A stretch of DNA of 63,722 nt, filler included, from Octopus bimaculoides (GCF_001194135.2; 6 parts of 6 records of this genome joined end to end with filler, not necessarily neighbours in it); one strand, 5' to 3'; counted from the first letter of the whole stretch, positions 23,807 to 37,097 are shown. Numbers and translations are program-made. The notes: generated by a model not told the origin, from the letters alone.

Positions 23807-24147
23807 CTAGCAGAAATACCCGGCTTTGCCCGGGTTAAAGAGAATAATGAAATCTAAAAACGCCGTCTAGACTACGCAACCCTCAACTGTTAGTAGCTAC
23901 GATACCATATTTCTACATTAATAACTCTCCAATCCATACCAGCATGGAACATAGACATTAAGTGGAATGCCAGTCTCTCATCTAAGAGGGCCTTGAAATC
24001 AATGTTACCAACTGGGGACTATGTGTGTCGCAGTGATAATAAAAAGACCCAAAGGAGGTCTGCAACGAAATAATTTTACTCAACACTTTGCAAGTGAATC
24101 AGTGGAGGCAAAGATGCGTCTCATTTACTTGACAATTTATGCACCAC
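23807..24147 (-). mobile_element. Non-autonomous Helitron-like element, 3' part, running into a gap
   Basis: The minus-strand end reads CCCGGGCAAAGCCGGG TATTTCTG CTAG T. The terminal ~55 bp are nearly identical to 38315-38371. Confidence 0.7.
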
Positions 24148-24191
24148 NNNNNNNNNNNNNNNNNNNNNNNNNNNNNNNNNNNNNNNNNNNN

Positions 24192-24203
24192 TTAATTAAT
24201 TAA
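24192..24203. other. Assembly spacer TTAATTAATTAA inside N-runs (also 38256-38267, 52760-52771, 58325-58336, 62584-62595)
   Basis: An identical palindromic 12-mer with stops in all six frames, always flanked by N on both sides. Confidence 0.93.
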
Positions 24204-24263
24204 NNNNNNNNNNNNNNNNNNNNNNNNNNNNNNNNNNNNNNNNNNNNATATATATATATATAA

Positions 24264-24440
24264 GGTGGCAATCATGAGTGCGTGATTCAGAAGCTCGCTT
24301 TGTAACTAAGTGTTTTTGTGTTCAATCCTACTGCGCGGCACCTTGGGCAAGTGTTTTCAATAATGACCGCGGGTTAAGCAATGCCTTGGGGAATTTGGTA
24401 GACGGAAACAAGTGATAAACCCGTCGTACCGTCGTATATA
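24264..24440 (+). mobile_element. SINE family B, 5' half
   Basis: GTTCAATCCTACTGCGCGGCACCTTGGGCAAGTG...GAATTTGGTAGACGGAAAC. Confidence 0.75.
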
Positions 24441-24539
24441 TGTGTGTGTGTGTGTGTGTGTGTGCGTGTGTGCGCGTGTATGTGCATGTGTGTGCGACTA
24501 TGAGTCGGGGCGGTGTATATGTGTGTATGTATGTGTGTG

Positions 24540-24636
24540 TACAATGGGGTGCTGAAAAGTTCCTGCTTTGGGTAAAAGAAAATACAGGAAGATCAGTTAA
24601 TTATGATTCTATTCAACATATTCCCCTTTCAGATTC
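24540..24636 (+). mobile_element. Partial mariner-type MITE, same family as 33351-33900
   Basis: GGGGTGCTGAAAAGTTCCTG...GTAAAAGAAAATACAGGA...GATCAGTTAATTATGATT. Confidence 0.8.
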
Positions 24637-24929
24637 GGACTACGAGAGACTACCATGTCACACTATACCATACAATCAGCGCTAGATTAATTATTAAGCA
24701 AAATAAGCACGTGCTTTGGACATCAAGGGAGGAGGAGTACCACAGGAATGGTAAATGGTTTACGGCACAAAAAAAATCGTTTGAAACTTGCTAAAATGAT
24801 ATTCAAGGTGGTTTTTATGGTCGGGAAATATATTTTATGGTTAATTATTGCTTATATTTTGAATTACATACATGCATACATACATAGGCAGACAGACAGG
24901 CGGACGGGCGGACAGACAAATAGATAGAT

Positions 24930-25238
24930 TTTTAATGTGCCCTTTTAAAGCCTAGCCAGGCTCATGGGCCCGGTTTCCCGGTTTCTATGGCGTATGTGTC
25001 CCTCAGCTGGACTGGATGCCAGTCCATCGCAACGTTACTCAAGAAACAGAAAGAAAGAGTGAGAGAAAGTTAGAGCGAAAGAGTACAACAGGGGTCGCCA
25101 ACACCCCCTGCCGCAGCCTCGTGGGGCATTAGGTGTTTTCGCTCAATAAACGCACACAACGCCCGGTCTGGGAATCGAAACCGCGATCCTCCGACCGCGA
25201 GTCCGCTGCCCTAACCACTGAACCATTGCGCCTCCACT
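24930..25238 (-). mobile_element. tRNA-derived SINE family E with an alternative 3' tail (tail type 2)
   Basis: 25042-25238 is collinear with 9961-10157. 24930-25041 is unrelated to 9773-9960 and reads GCGATGGACTGGCATCCAGTCCAG...GAAACCGGG on the minus strand. Confidence 0.88.
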
Positions 25239-25749
25239 AAGCTAGATAGATAGATAGATAGATAGATAGATACCAAAATCTTTTTTAAGTGCTAAGGGTC
25301 TTAATCCGGCCCTGCATACAATATCGCCAAACACCCTTCAGAAGAACGGAAAACAAAATTAAGCACGGATTTGAACGCAGACTGAAAAGAAATGCTGTAA
25401 ATAGGTATTGCTGATTGGAATGCTATAGTGTTTGCCATCTACCTACGAGATTTAATCGATGTAAAATTATCGATTCCTGACTTTGTTGAAGAGTTTGGCA
25501 CCAAGCCAGAAATTTATACGTAACAATTCGAGTATTTTATCAGTGCTTATTTCATTAAGTACGAATTAAAAAGGTAAGAGAAGAAATTGAAGGGGGAGCA
25601 AGTGAGGTGAGGGAAGGGTGTTCATACGCTCAAATATATATGTGTGCGTACGTAATTACATATGTGTACATACATAGATATATGTGTATGTGTGTGTGTA
25701 TGTACACGTACATATACTTGTAAACCTACAAACATACACATATATCTAT

Positions 25750-25785
<36 letters not shown>

Positions 25786-26377
25786 CTATATATATATATA
25801 TATATATANNNNNNNNNNACATACACATACATATATACATGCACATATATATATATATATGCAGGTGCATGATCAACAAGGCAAGAGCCCTTCTCCTTTA
25901 ATTCCCCTTTTTTTTTACAGGTGCACGCTCAGAATTGGTCCTTTCACACTGACCATTCTTCCAAAATTCACCCACTTTTCAACAAACTTGCTACAAGGCA
26001 ACACTTCCCTCTCCACCCTCAACTTCCTTTTCAAGTGAAACTTGAAAAAGTTGATGAGAGCTTAGCCAAAGAGGAAAGTGTCATAATATCAGATGTACAA
26101 CGAAAGTCCTATAAGCAGAATCCATTGTCAAATCTTCAGAGATTTCCAAACTCTCATATGTAACATTTAGGATTTGTAGCAGGATACGAACTGTAACCGC
26201 CCTACACTGTCTCTTGAAACAGAATATAACTGTATTCAAGATATCTTTATTGAATGATTTTCCATGCTTCAAGTATTAGTCCTTTGTAACAATAGCATTT
26301 CGTAAGATAATCAACGTTTCCAGATCACTTTATCCAGACGATGAGACCAAGGAAGTCTTGAAAATCTAACTTAGTTT

Positions 26378-26443
26378 TGGATTGGATTGGATTGGATTGG
26401 ATTGGATTGGATTGGATTGGATTGGATTGGATTGGATTGGATT
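26378..26443. repeat. (ATTGG)n pentanucleotide repeat
   Basis: Direct read. Confidence 0.97.
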
Positions 26444-26619
26444 GCCTATGTTCAGCTCACTGCAGGATGAAGGCCTCTGCATGTTCTCTCCATCAACTAC
26501 GGTCTGATTGTGGAGGCTGTGAATTTGAGTTTGGGAATCATACTGGTTTGGTGAACCTTCTCTGCCACACTGGTTCAACATGGCTTGGCAGAGGGGTGCA
26601 GTTTATATACTCATACCCA

Positions 26620-26757
26620 GAAATAGTGAAGTCGATTACATTAACCCCACTTCTCGACTGGTACTTATTTTATCGACTCCGAAATAATGAAAAGCGAAGT
26701 CGACCTCGGCGAAATTTGAACTCAGAACGTAAGGACGGACGAAATATCGCTAGCATT
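26620..26757 (-). mobile_element. SINE family A
   Basis: AAGTCGATTACAT...CTGGTACTTATTTTATCGAC...GTCGACCTCGGCGAAATTTGAACTCAGAACGTAAG. Confidence 0.82.
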
Positions 26758-27094
26758 ACCTCCACTACCACCACAACCCTCTCATAACACCATCACTACA
26801 ATCACCGTAATCACCACCACCATCTCTTACCACCAACACCATCACCATCTCAACAACTTTTACCATCACCACTACCACCAACACCACCGCCGCTATATAT
26901 TGAAACATCTTATTCATGATAACTTTGATTTTTATCATTTATTTTTTGTCTCTTTTTTTCTTTTATATAATTTTTTGTTTTACAAAATGGCGGTAGTGGA
27001 GGGGCGAGGTATATCGATTTTTTTCTTAATTTTTCGTTTTTTTTTTCTTTTTTCACAAAACATCCATTTTAAGATATTTATCCCGTTCCATTTG

Positions 27095-27136
<42 letters not shown>

Positions 27137-27146
27137 TTCTCTCTTG

Positions 27147-27179
<33 letters not shown>

Positions 27180-27969
27180 TCTCTCTTTCTCTTTCTTTCC
27201 AAATAATTCAACCAACATCATGATGGTCTTTTGCTTATCGATCACACCAAACGAAAAGAAAAAAAGACACTCTTTCTTCTCCTTCTCCACTTCGCCCTCT
27301 AATACATATACACATATACACAAACACACACACACACAAACACATACATACATACATACATACATACACACACACTTGTACACATTTTAATTTATAGAAA
27401 TGTGTATGCCTGTATTTGTATGAATGTATATATATGCGTGTGTGTGTGTGTGTATACAGATATATNNNNNNNNNNNNNNNNNNNNNNNNNNNNNNNNNNN
27501 NNNNNNNNNNNNNNNNNNNNNNNNNNNNNNNNNNNNNNNNNNNNNNNNNNNNNNNNNNNNNNNNNNNNNNNNNNNNNNNNNNNNNNNNNNNNNNNNNNNN
27601 NNNNNNNNNNNNNNNNNNNNNNNNNNNNNNNNNNNNNNNNNNNNNNNNNNNNNNNNNNNNNNNNNNNNNNNNNNNNNNNNNNNNNNNNNNNNNNNNNNNN
27701 NNNNNNNNNNNNNNNNNNNNNNNNNNNNNNNNNNNNNNNNNNNNNNNNNNNNNNNNNNNNNNNNNNNNNNNNNNNNNNNNNNNNNNNNNNNNNNNNNNNN
27801 NNNNNNNNNNNNNNNNNNNNNNNNNNNNNNNNNNNNNNNNNNNNNNNNNNNNNNNNNNNNNNNNNNNNNNNNNNNNNNNNNNNNNNNNNNNNNNNNNNNN
27901 NNNNNNNNNNNNNNNNNNNNNNNNNNNNNNNNNNNNNNNNNNNNNNNNNNNNNNNNNNNNNNNNNNNNN

Positions 27970-28119
27970 ACCCCAGGCGCAACCACCACCACGACACATC
28001 CATCACCCCAGGCGCAACCACCAACACAGCCACAGCGACCAGCACCAGCACCGCCGTCACCACTACACCACCACCACCACACCACCACCACCACCACCAC
28101 TACCACCACCACCACCACC
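27970..28119. repeat. (CCA)n-rich low-complexity tract
   Basis: Direct read; source of the poly-H/P/T ORFs. Confidence 0.9.
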
Positions 28120-28616
28120 CTCAGAACCATCTGATGTTTACTAGAGGATTCTTCTTATTGTTTTTTTTAAAAACGAAGTAAAATATAACAAGTCGTATAT
28201 TTTATGTCACATACATAAATAGAACGTCGATAAAAACAACAACAAAAACAATAACAAGTAGAACAACAGTTGCAACAACTGCAAAAACAAGTGCAATTAT
28301 GGCAACAACAACATTTGCAACAACGACAGCAACAAGTGCAAACAGCTTATAGAATGTCGTTAATGCAAAACGGGGGATTGAAGCAAGACACAAACTACGA
28401 AATGCTACATACGCGACTGTACTTGTTCGAGGTTTTTTTTTTGTCTTTCTATAAATACATGTACACATAGGAACGCGTGTATACGCATACATACACATCA
28501 ATATGCATACGCATACACATGTCCGTAAAAACACGCATACGCACATATACGCACGTTAATGTGTGTGTGTGTATACTAGGTCATTGCCCGTCCCAAGGCT
28601 ATAAATATATATAAAC

Positions 28617-28671
<55 letters not shown>

Positions 28672-29621
28672 NNNNNNNNNNNNNNNNNNNNNNNNNNNNN
28701 NNNNNNNNNNNNNNNNNNNNNNNNNNNNNNNNNNNNNNNNNNNNNNNNNNNNNNNNNNNNNNNNNNNNNNNNNNNNNNNNNNNNNNNNNNNNNNNNNNNN
28801 NNNNNNNNNNNNNNNNNNNNNNNNNNNNNNNNNNNNNNNNNNNNNNNNNNNNNNNNNNNNNNNNNNNNNNNNNNNNNNNNNNNNNNNNNNNNNNNNNNNN
28901 NNNNNNNNNNNNNNNNNNNNNNNNNNNNNNNNNNNNNNNNNNNNNNNNNNNNNNNNNNNNNNNNNNNNNNNNNNNNNNNNNNNNNNNNNNNNNNNNNNNN
29001 NNNNNNNNNNNNNNNNNNNNNNNNNNNNNNNNNNNNNNNNNNNNNNNNNNNNNNNNNNNNNNNNNNNNNNNNNNNNNNNNNNNNNNNNNNNNNNNNNNNN
29101 NNNNNNNNNNNNNNNNNNNNNNNNNNNNNNNNNNNNNNNNNNNNNNNNNNNNNNNNNNNNNNNNNNNNNNNNNNNNNNNNNNNNNNNNNNNNNNNNNNNN
29201 NNNNNNNNNNNNNNNNNNNNNNNNNNNNNNNNNNNNNNNNNNNNNNNNNNNNNNNNNNNNNNNNNNNNNNNNNNNNNNNNNNNNNNNNNNNNNNNNNNNN
29301 NNNNNNNNNNNNNNNNNNNNNNNNNNNNNNNNNNNNNNNNNNNNNNNNNNNNNNNNNNNNNNNNNNNNNNNNNNNNNNNNNNNNNNNNNNNNNNNNNNNN
29401 NNNNNNNNNNNNNNNNNNNNNNNNNNNNNNNNNNNNNNNNNNNNNNNNNNNNNNNNNNNNNNNNNNNNNNNNNNNNNNNNNNNNNNNNNNNNNNNNNNNN
29501 NNNNNNNNNNNNNNNNNNNNNNNNNNNNNNNNNNNNNNNNNNNNNNNNNNNNNNNNNNNNNNNNNNNNNNNNNNNNNNNNNNNNNNNNNNNNNNNNNNNN
29601 NNNNNNNNNNNNNNNNNNNNN

Positions 29622-29990
29622 GTCACAGACTGTGCACACAAAAAGGTCCTTGTCATTCACCCTCTCAGTCTTTACATTTTTCCTTAAATATCTCTTGAGC
29701 CCTGCTTGCATCATCCTGGCCTCTTCAAATGCTTTCACTCCACTCCACACCCTTGTTCGCCATCCAACTCGATCTGAAGTGAGGACTTCTATATCTTTTG
29801 GAGCCATTCCAATTGATTTCATAGCAGTCCTTATGCCATCCTTAAACCTTTTTTTAGGTTTATGCCGATAACGTTTCCCCTCTGCAAGCTCACCATAAAA
29901 CAGCTGTTTCGGCATGCGTTCATCTGCCATTCGAACAATATGGCCACACCATCTCAATTGGTTCCTCAAAATCATGGCTTTAATTGAGGG
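29622..29990 (-). mobile_element. RTE-clade LINE, C-terminal ORF fragment
   Basis: PSIKAMILRNQLRWCGHIVRMADERMPKQLFYGEL...GKRYRHKPKKRFKD...DRVGWR...FVCTVCD. The frame is open until the gap. Confidence 0.92.
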
Positions 29991-30146
29991 GATGCATATA
30001 TATTTACACACACACACACGTATATATATTTATACAGATATATATATACAAATACACACATATATATTCACATATATACATATGTGTGTGTTTGTGTATG
30101 TATACCTATGGGTATATATATGTCGTCTGTATGTATATAAATACAT

Positions 30147-30179
<33 letters not shown>

Positions 30180-30238
30180 GAGGTTTGGCAGGTGACATTA
30201 TCTTTTCTTGATCAGGATGTGCCCTACTCAAGTAAATC

Positions 30239-30367
30239 TCAAGCCAGAGAGATACTCCAGTTGTGATAACCGCTATCACTTTTCAAATCCACATTAAACG
30301 CACTACCACAATCTCCAATTTTCCTTTCTTTTCTAAACTGGTAAGATATATGAGCCACGCACTGGTC
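30239..30367 (-). CDS. Candidate coding exon of an unknown gene (DQCVAHISYQFRKERKIGDCGSAFNVDLKSDSGYHNWSISLA*)
   Basis: Strong acceptor CCTTTTTCTTTTTTCAG|G followed by a 42-codon open frame in non-repetitive sequence. No family recognised. Confidence 0.3.
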   Translation of the reverse strand, partial: DQCVAHISYQFRKERKIGDCGSAFNVDLKSDSGYHNWSISLA

Positions 30368-30573
30368 CTGAAAAAAGAAAAAGGCATTTAAATATCTAAA
30401 TATCAGACAAGGAAAACAACACTGCCACTTGAAGTAAGACATTAACACTGTTTGTAATGGAAAGTTCAAAGAGCTCTCAGGACTCAAAAGTCACGTACGT
30501 GCTCATGCACGGACAAAGCATATCTAACAAGAGGTAATCAAACTTTGAGTAGGAGTAGACTACCTGTGTATAC

Positions 30574-30604
<31 letters not shown>

Positions 30605-31377
30605 TGTGGAAGATATGAGAAGTTTTCGTCGGGATAACTCAAACTGGCAGGTATGCGTTCTGAGCACTCAAATAGGTGTGCCACCAAAATTCCAGGCAGA
30701 ACAGTGGTTGAAGTTGCGGCTGTGTGATTTCCTGGTTCAAAAACGGCTAGAGGTGGCGTCCCATTGAGTTAATAGATGATAGGTTGAAGTAGTGAAGAAA
30801 GGCAAACATTTAGGCAATTTAAACGAGGACATTTTATTTCAGTTAATTCAATCTAAATTTAGCCACCTAATCTAGCTATTTCTGGGATATCCCAGCTACT
30901 AGAGGATCGTATCGAGCGAAGACTCATCGGAGAAATAAAGGTTAGACAGAGAAAGAATGTTCCAGTATGTATGTATGTATGTATGTATGTATGTATGTAT
31001 GTATGTGTGTGTATGTATGTATGTATTGCATGTATGTATATATGATTGTATATGTGCATGTATGTATATATGTATGTACGTATTTATGTATGTATATATG
31101 TATGTATGTATATATGTATGTATGTATTACGTTGTCCGTTTTTTTAATTTGAAAAAAATGACATGAATAACTGACTTTTCAATAAATTTCATTCAATGAA
31201 ATAATTTGCATTATTATTAATGACCTTTGACCATCTATCAGGCAATTTAAATATTCCACCAGCAAAACATTTGACTGGTTTTGCAGAAAAAAAAACGTTA
31301 TCTAGATGCATTTTGACTCCATCTAAATCGCTAAATATTTTTCCTTGCAATGAGTTCTGTAGAGACAAAAACAGTGG

Positions 31378-31396
31378 TAGCCGCCAGATGGCGCAA
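31378..31396 (+). promoter_or_regulatory. CTCF-like binding motif
   Basis: TAGCCGCCAGATGGCGCAA versus the canonical TGGCCACCAGGGGGCGCTA core. Motif match only. Confidence 0.4.
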
Positions 31397-31504
31397 TACT
31401 AGGAAAATATGGTGGATGGTGTTAGAGATGTGGAATGTCGTTCTTATATCGCTCTCACCGCTAAGTCGTTTGTCTTTTATTTTAATTTTTATCGGTTCTA
31501 GAAA

Positions 31505-31580
31505 AAAAAGAGAAAGGTAGAGTCGACTCCGGCAAAATTTGAACTCAGTTATATGCAGTAGCGAAAACTAAACACTGCAC
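31505..31580 (-). mobile_element. SINE family A fragment
   Basis: AGTCGACTCCGGCAAAATTTGAACTCAG. Confidence 0.55.
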
Positions 31581-31984
31581 CATAATTTGGACGAATGCAA
31601 CCGCATCGGACCCGCAAAATGCTAATAATAAGCCAGCAGACACTAGCAAAAGGAATTATAATGAAGCAGATCATAATAATAATAAAAAAAAGGTAACTGC
31701 AGAATATGTTGAATTTGTAAAGAAACAATCAATCATATTGTTTCTGGTTGTCCAGTGTTAGTCAAAGGAGAACATATATCATATATATATGAATGTGTGT
31801 GTGTGTGTATCTATACATGCATACAGCTATACACATATATGCAAATATATGTGTGTATGTGTATGTCTAGTATATATATATTTGTATATACATACATACA
31901 CACATATATATACGTGCACACACACACAGATATGATATAAAGATAGAGTTTTAATACATTGGAAATTATGCCAGCATAATGGAA

Positions 31985-32370
31985 TAATGTAGAAGATAGA
32001 TACTATAAAACAAGAGGCCAGAAAGAGTCTCAGAAAATGGCGAAGTAATCATACGAAATCAGTTTATAGATAGAGAGCCGAGAGTGAGATTAAGATGAAT
32101 CGGCCAGACATTATTGTCAAAGATCATCGTGAAAAAAATATCGCTTAATCGACATATCAATTGCGAAAAACAAAAATATTTCTTAATCGACATATTATTT
32201 CTGTAAAACGAAAATATATATCTGAAAGAAATGAATGAATTTTATATCTAAATATAAAGACTTGGAAATAGAGATAACCAGAATGTGGAGATTGAAAACG
32301 GAAAACAGCTCTCATAATTAATAAATGCTTTGGGAATGATAAAAACAGATGAAAACAAATACATAAATGA
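31985..32370 (+). mobile_element. Decayed R4/Dong-like RLE domain fragment
   Basis: NRPDIIVKDH...LIDISI...SKYKDLEIEITRMW...NALGMIK across frameshifts; homologous to 52415-52708. Confidence 0.78.
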
Positions 32371-33350
32371 AACAATATCGCTTTTGTTTATACGCAGCGG
32401 TAGGAAAGGGAATGTAATATGATTGCATACATATTGTTTTCAGTTCTGTCGGACTAATGTTGGTTACTGGAGTTACGTGCGCAGCATACAGAAAATAACA
32501 CTGTTAAACACTGTATGTATATTATGTCATGCTATGAGCGTTTCCGGCGCAATCATGGCTGTGTGTTTAAGAAGCTTTACTTTGCAGCCACGTGGTTTCG
32601 CGTTCGGTTTCTCTACTCAGCGTCTTAGACAAATCTCTATTTTATTATAGCATTTTGTTGGGGTAGGGGATCGATTATAGGTCCAGTCAGTTCAGGCATT
32701 AGATCCAGTTGAGTTACTGAAAAGATGCGAGAGGAGTTGAGTTTCTGAAAGGAATTTTTTAGAGGCAGCTCATTTGATGTGTGATACGTTGAGCTTTTCG
32801 TTGGAGAAGGGAGCACACTTAGGGACCTCTTCAGGTGGTTGTGGATTAAACTCTCAGTATGTCACTGGGTCTAAGAATGACTCCTTCATTAGCTCGTAGT
32901 TAGGCCCTCGCGTTATGACAAGGTACCATACAGTGCGAAGTGGTGTGGCAGGGTGTGCTATGATGCAGCGTGGTGCATTTTGATGTGGGTGTTATGCAGT
33001 TTGAATTTGTGTGCGATGTGGTGCAGTGAGAAATAGTGCAGTGCTACATCATACGATGCGGTGTCATGTTACGAAGGGGTGCTGAAAAGTTCCTGGCTTT
33101 TATACATACATACATACATACATACATACAAGTATGCATGCATGCATACATCCATACATCCATCTATACATCCATCCATACATACATACATATATACATA
33201 CATATATACATACATACATACATACATACATACATACAAGTATGCATACATCCATACATCCATACATCCATCCATACATCCATCCATACATACATACATA
33301 TATACATACATACATACATACATACATACACACACACATACATACATACA

Positions 33351-33568
33351 TACGAGGTCCTGAAAAGTCCCTAGCTTTGTGTAAAAGAAAATGCAGGAGG
33401 ATCAGTTAATTAGGATTTTATTCAACGTATTCTCCTCTCAAATTCACACACTTATGGCAGTGGTCCTTCAGGTTTTCTAAGCCCTGTAAAAGAACTCAGA
33501 TGGTTGGGCCTCCAACAAGGACTTCCACGATACCTTTAAAGCCAGGAACTTTTCAGCACCCCCTCGTA
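33351..33568 (+). mobile_element. Mariner-type MITE (~215 bp) bounded by TA
   Basis: TACGAGGTCCTGAAAAGTCCCTAGCTTT ... AAAGCCAGGAACTTTTCAGCACCCCCTCGTA. Confidence 0.88.
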
Positions 33569-33686
33569 CGTACATACATACATACAAGTATGCACGCATG
33601 CATGCATACATACATCCATACATCCATCCATCTATCCATCCATCCATACGTACATACATACATACATACATACATACATACATACA

Positions 33687-33900
33687 TACGAAGGGTTCTG
33701 AAAAGTTCTTGTATTTGAGCAAAAGAAAATACAGGGGTTAATTATGATTTTATCCAATATAATCCCCTCTCAGATTCACACATTTATTGCAGCGGTCCTT
33801 CAGTTTTTCTGAGCTCTGTAAAAGAACTCGGAAGGTTGACCCTTCAACCAGGCCTTTCGCGACACCCTTAAAGCCAAGAACTTTTCAGCACTCCTTCGTA
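33687..33900 (+). mobile_element. Mariner-type MITE (~214 bp), second copy
   Basis: TACGAAGGGTTCTGAAAAGTTCTTG ... AAAGCCAAGAACTTTTCAGCACTCCTTCGTA; interior collinear with 33351-33568. Confidence 0.88.
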
Positions 33901-34729
33901 TATGATGATATAGTGAATTGTAGTCTGCATTGGTGTAGTGTAGATTAGTATAATATGGTTCGAAGTTTGAGATATGATATGGTCTGGGGTGTAGTAAGAT
34001 GCAGTATGATGTCGTAGGATGTAGTGCGCTGTATTATGATATTGTGTAGTGCAGGACAGTGCATGTACGCGTGACTCGATCCTGTTCGGTATGTTGCGTC
34101 GAAGCATAATATCATTTGGTAATAATCTTGTCTATGATATTGCGTTGTTGCTTGGTGCGGTGCGGTGCGAATTGGTGTGGTTTTTATCTGATCCGTTATA
34201 GTATGATGTGGTCTGCTCTCAGGCTTTTGTATAATATTCTCTCATGGGGTTCGGTATAGTGTGTGGTGTGGCGTACACACTTAGTTCTGTCTGTTAAGAT
34301 GAAGTATGTTGTATTCTGGAGTGTCTAATCAACGGCGGAGAGACAGAGTTAAAGATGGTAAAAAAGAGAGACAAAGAAAAGAAAAGAAAAGAAAATCGGA
34401 CAAAACAAAGTGTGATGTAATATAGAAATGTGTGATTGGGCAATATTGTAATGTAATAATAGAAGAGGGTCGGCCGAGACAGCAGGAAGTCGATATAGAG
34501 TATTGGTTCCTGTTTCCTACCAGAAACACCAGCTAAATCAATGTTATCGATTCGTGACACACCGCAGTGAAAATGTAAATGTGATTCGAAGCTGGTAATT
34601 ACATATTTTCATGAAAGGTCGCTTAGAAAGAGCAAACGACCGCAAAAAAAAAAAGTAACGGAACAATTAATGAATTTCAAGTAACGAACTTATGCATTTG
34701 TCGACATTATATATATATATATATGTGTG

Positions 34730-34778
<49 letters not shown>

Positions 34779-34788
34779 NNNNNNNNNN

Positions 34789-34846
<58 letters not shown>

Positions 34847-35165
34847 CGTGCGTGCGTGAGTGTGTGTGTATGTATATGTATGTATGTATGCATGTATGTA
34901 TGTATATTATATATATAACAATGTAATAAAAGAAACTACATTTTTTTTGTTCTTGTTTTCTTTTGTTTAGTTCTGTACTTGAGTGCGAGTTTGTCTTTAA
35001 GAGAATGTGAGAGAGAAAAACAAAAAAGAGAGGGAGAGGGAAGGGAAGGGAAGGGAGAAAGAGTGGGTGTCTCCAAGTGTCTCCTTTTCTGAAACTGTAT
35101 TTGTATAGACACGTTAGAATTATAAAGATGTGCGTGTGTGTATGTATGTATGTATGTATGTATGT

Positions 35166-35166
<1 letters not shown>

Positions 35167-35232
<66 letters not shown>

Positions 35233-35233
35233 A

Positions 35234-35298
<65 letters not shown>
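35167..35298. repeat. (GATA)n microsatellite
   Basis: Direct read. Confidence 0.97.
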
Positions 35299-35299
<1 letters not shown>

Positions 35300-36263
35300 G
35301 GATGAATAATTATACGATAGACGTATACGAACAGTACGATACTAAGTAAAATTTTAAGCCATCTAAGCGAACTTGTTAANNNNNNNNNNNNNNNNNNNNN
35401 NNNNNNNNNNNNNNNNNNNNNNNNNNNNNNNNNNNNNNNNNNNNNNNNNNNNNNNNNNNNNNNNNNNNNNNNNNNNNNNNNNNNNNNNNNNNNNNNNNNN
35501 NNNNNNNNNNNNNNNNNNNNNNNNNNNNNNNNNNNNNNNNNNNNNNNNNNNNNNNNNNNNNNNNNNNNNNNNNNNNNNNNNNNNNNNNNNNNNNNNNNNN
35601 NNNNNNNNNNNNNNNNNNNNNNNNNNNNNNNNNNNNNNNNNNNNNNNNNNNNNNNNNNNNNNNNNNNNNNNNNNNNNNNNNNNNNNNNNNNNNNNNNNNN
35701 NNNNNNNNNNNNNNNNNNNNNNNNNNNNNNNNNNNNNNNNNNNNNNNNNNNNNNNNNNNNNNNNNNNNNNNNNNNNNNNNNNNNNNNNNNNNNNNNNNNN
35801 NNNNNNNNNNNNNNNNNNNNNNNNNNNNNNNNNNNNNNNNNNNNNNNNNNNNNNNNNNNNNNNNNNNNNNNNNNNNNNNNNNNNNNNNNNNNNNNNNNNN
35901 NNNNNNNNNNNNNNNNNNNNNNNNNNNNNNNNNNNNNNNNNNNNNNNNNNNNNNNNNNNNNNNNNNNNNNNNNNNNNNNNNNNNNNNNNNNNNNNNNNNN
36001 NNNNNNNNNNNNNNNNNNNNNNNNNNNNNNNNNNNNNNNNNNNNNNNNNNNNNNNNNNNNNNNNNNNNNNNNNNNNNNNNNNNNNNNNNNNNNNNNNNNN
36101 NNNNNNNNNNNNNNNNNNNNNNNNNNNNNNNNNNNNNNNNNNNNNNNNNNNNNNNNNNNNNNNNNNNNNNNNNNNNNNNNNNNNNNNNNNNNNNNNNNNN
36201 NNNNNNNNNNNNNNNNNNNNNNNNNNNNNNNNNNNNNNNNNNNNNNNNNNNNNNNNNNNNNNN

Positions 36264-36312
<49 letters not shown>

Positions 36313-37097
36313 GCATATATATATATGTATATATATATATATACACACATATATATGTATTTACACACACACACCTACATACAAACACACAAATGCACAC
36401 GCACATATGTACACATTTACTTTTGGTCGGAAAAAAATTCAACGCCTACAAGAAGTCGAGTATGATATAGATAATATAATATAATATAATATAATATAAT
36501 ATAATATAATATGTATATGATCGCAAGGATAATGTCTCACATAATGGAAAATTTTCACGAGGGTAAAGGCATGGCTATTTTCTGTCAGCCATATTGTTGG
36601 CGTAACTACTCTATTGTCATACACACACACAAATGCATATCTATATACGCACACATATATATACAAATATATACATATATAAATATATATATATGTGCGT
36701 GTGTGTGTGTGTTTATGTATGTATGTGTGTATGTATGTATGTATGTATGTATGTATGAATGAATGTATGTATGTATTATGTATGTATGCACATGACGACG
36801 GCGGGTGTAATAATTACAATAATTTGGCTTGTATGTATGAATATTCGATTTTTCCATTTGGGGGTATTGTTGAAAAATGTATATATGAAAGCTGCTAATG
36901 AGAGTGTGAGGATATCAATTAAAAAAATGACAAAATAATAGGAAAATGAGAAAATAATATTCTCACTTTGCCTTATGTTGGCACTCCCCAAGTATTATAC
37001 AGGATTGATTACTTTTTATATGTACAATACGTTGTGGACAGTGATTCACCCCTTAATATACATCATGTTACTTTCTACAATAAATTCTTTTATTCGT

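Larger units (their letters stand above)
32915..34275. repeat. Degenerate pentamer (GTGNN/TGTAG/TATGA-like) tract interrupted by the MITE block at 33070-33900
   Basis: 5-bp periodicity is visible at 32915-33069 and 33901-34275. Confidence 0.6.

Noticed and set aside
26985-26995. YY1-like AAAATGGCGG motif (similar at ~10968 and ~3313)
   Set aside because: A short motif, one instance of which lies in a repeat, with no other promoter evidence.
27970-28181. His/Pro/Thr-rich ORFs resembling a low-complexity protein
   Set aside because: (CCA)n simple repeat next to a gap, with no splice or homology support.
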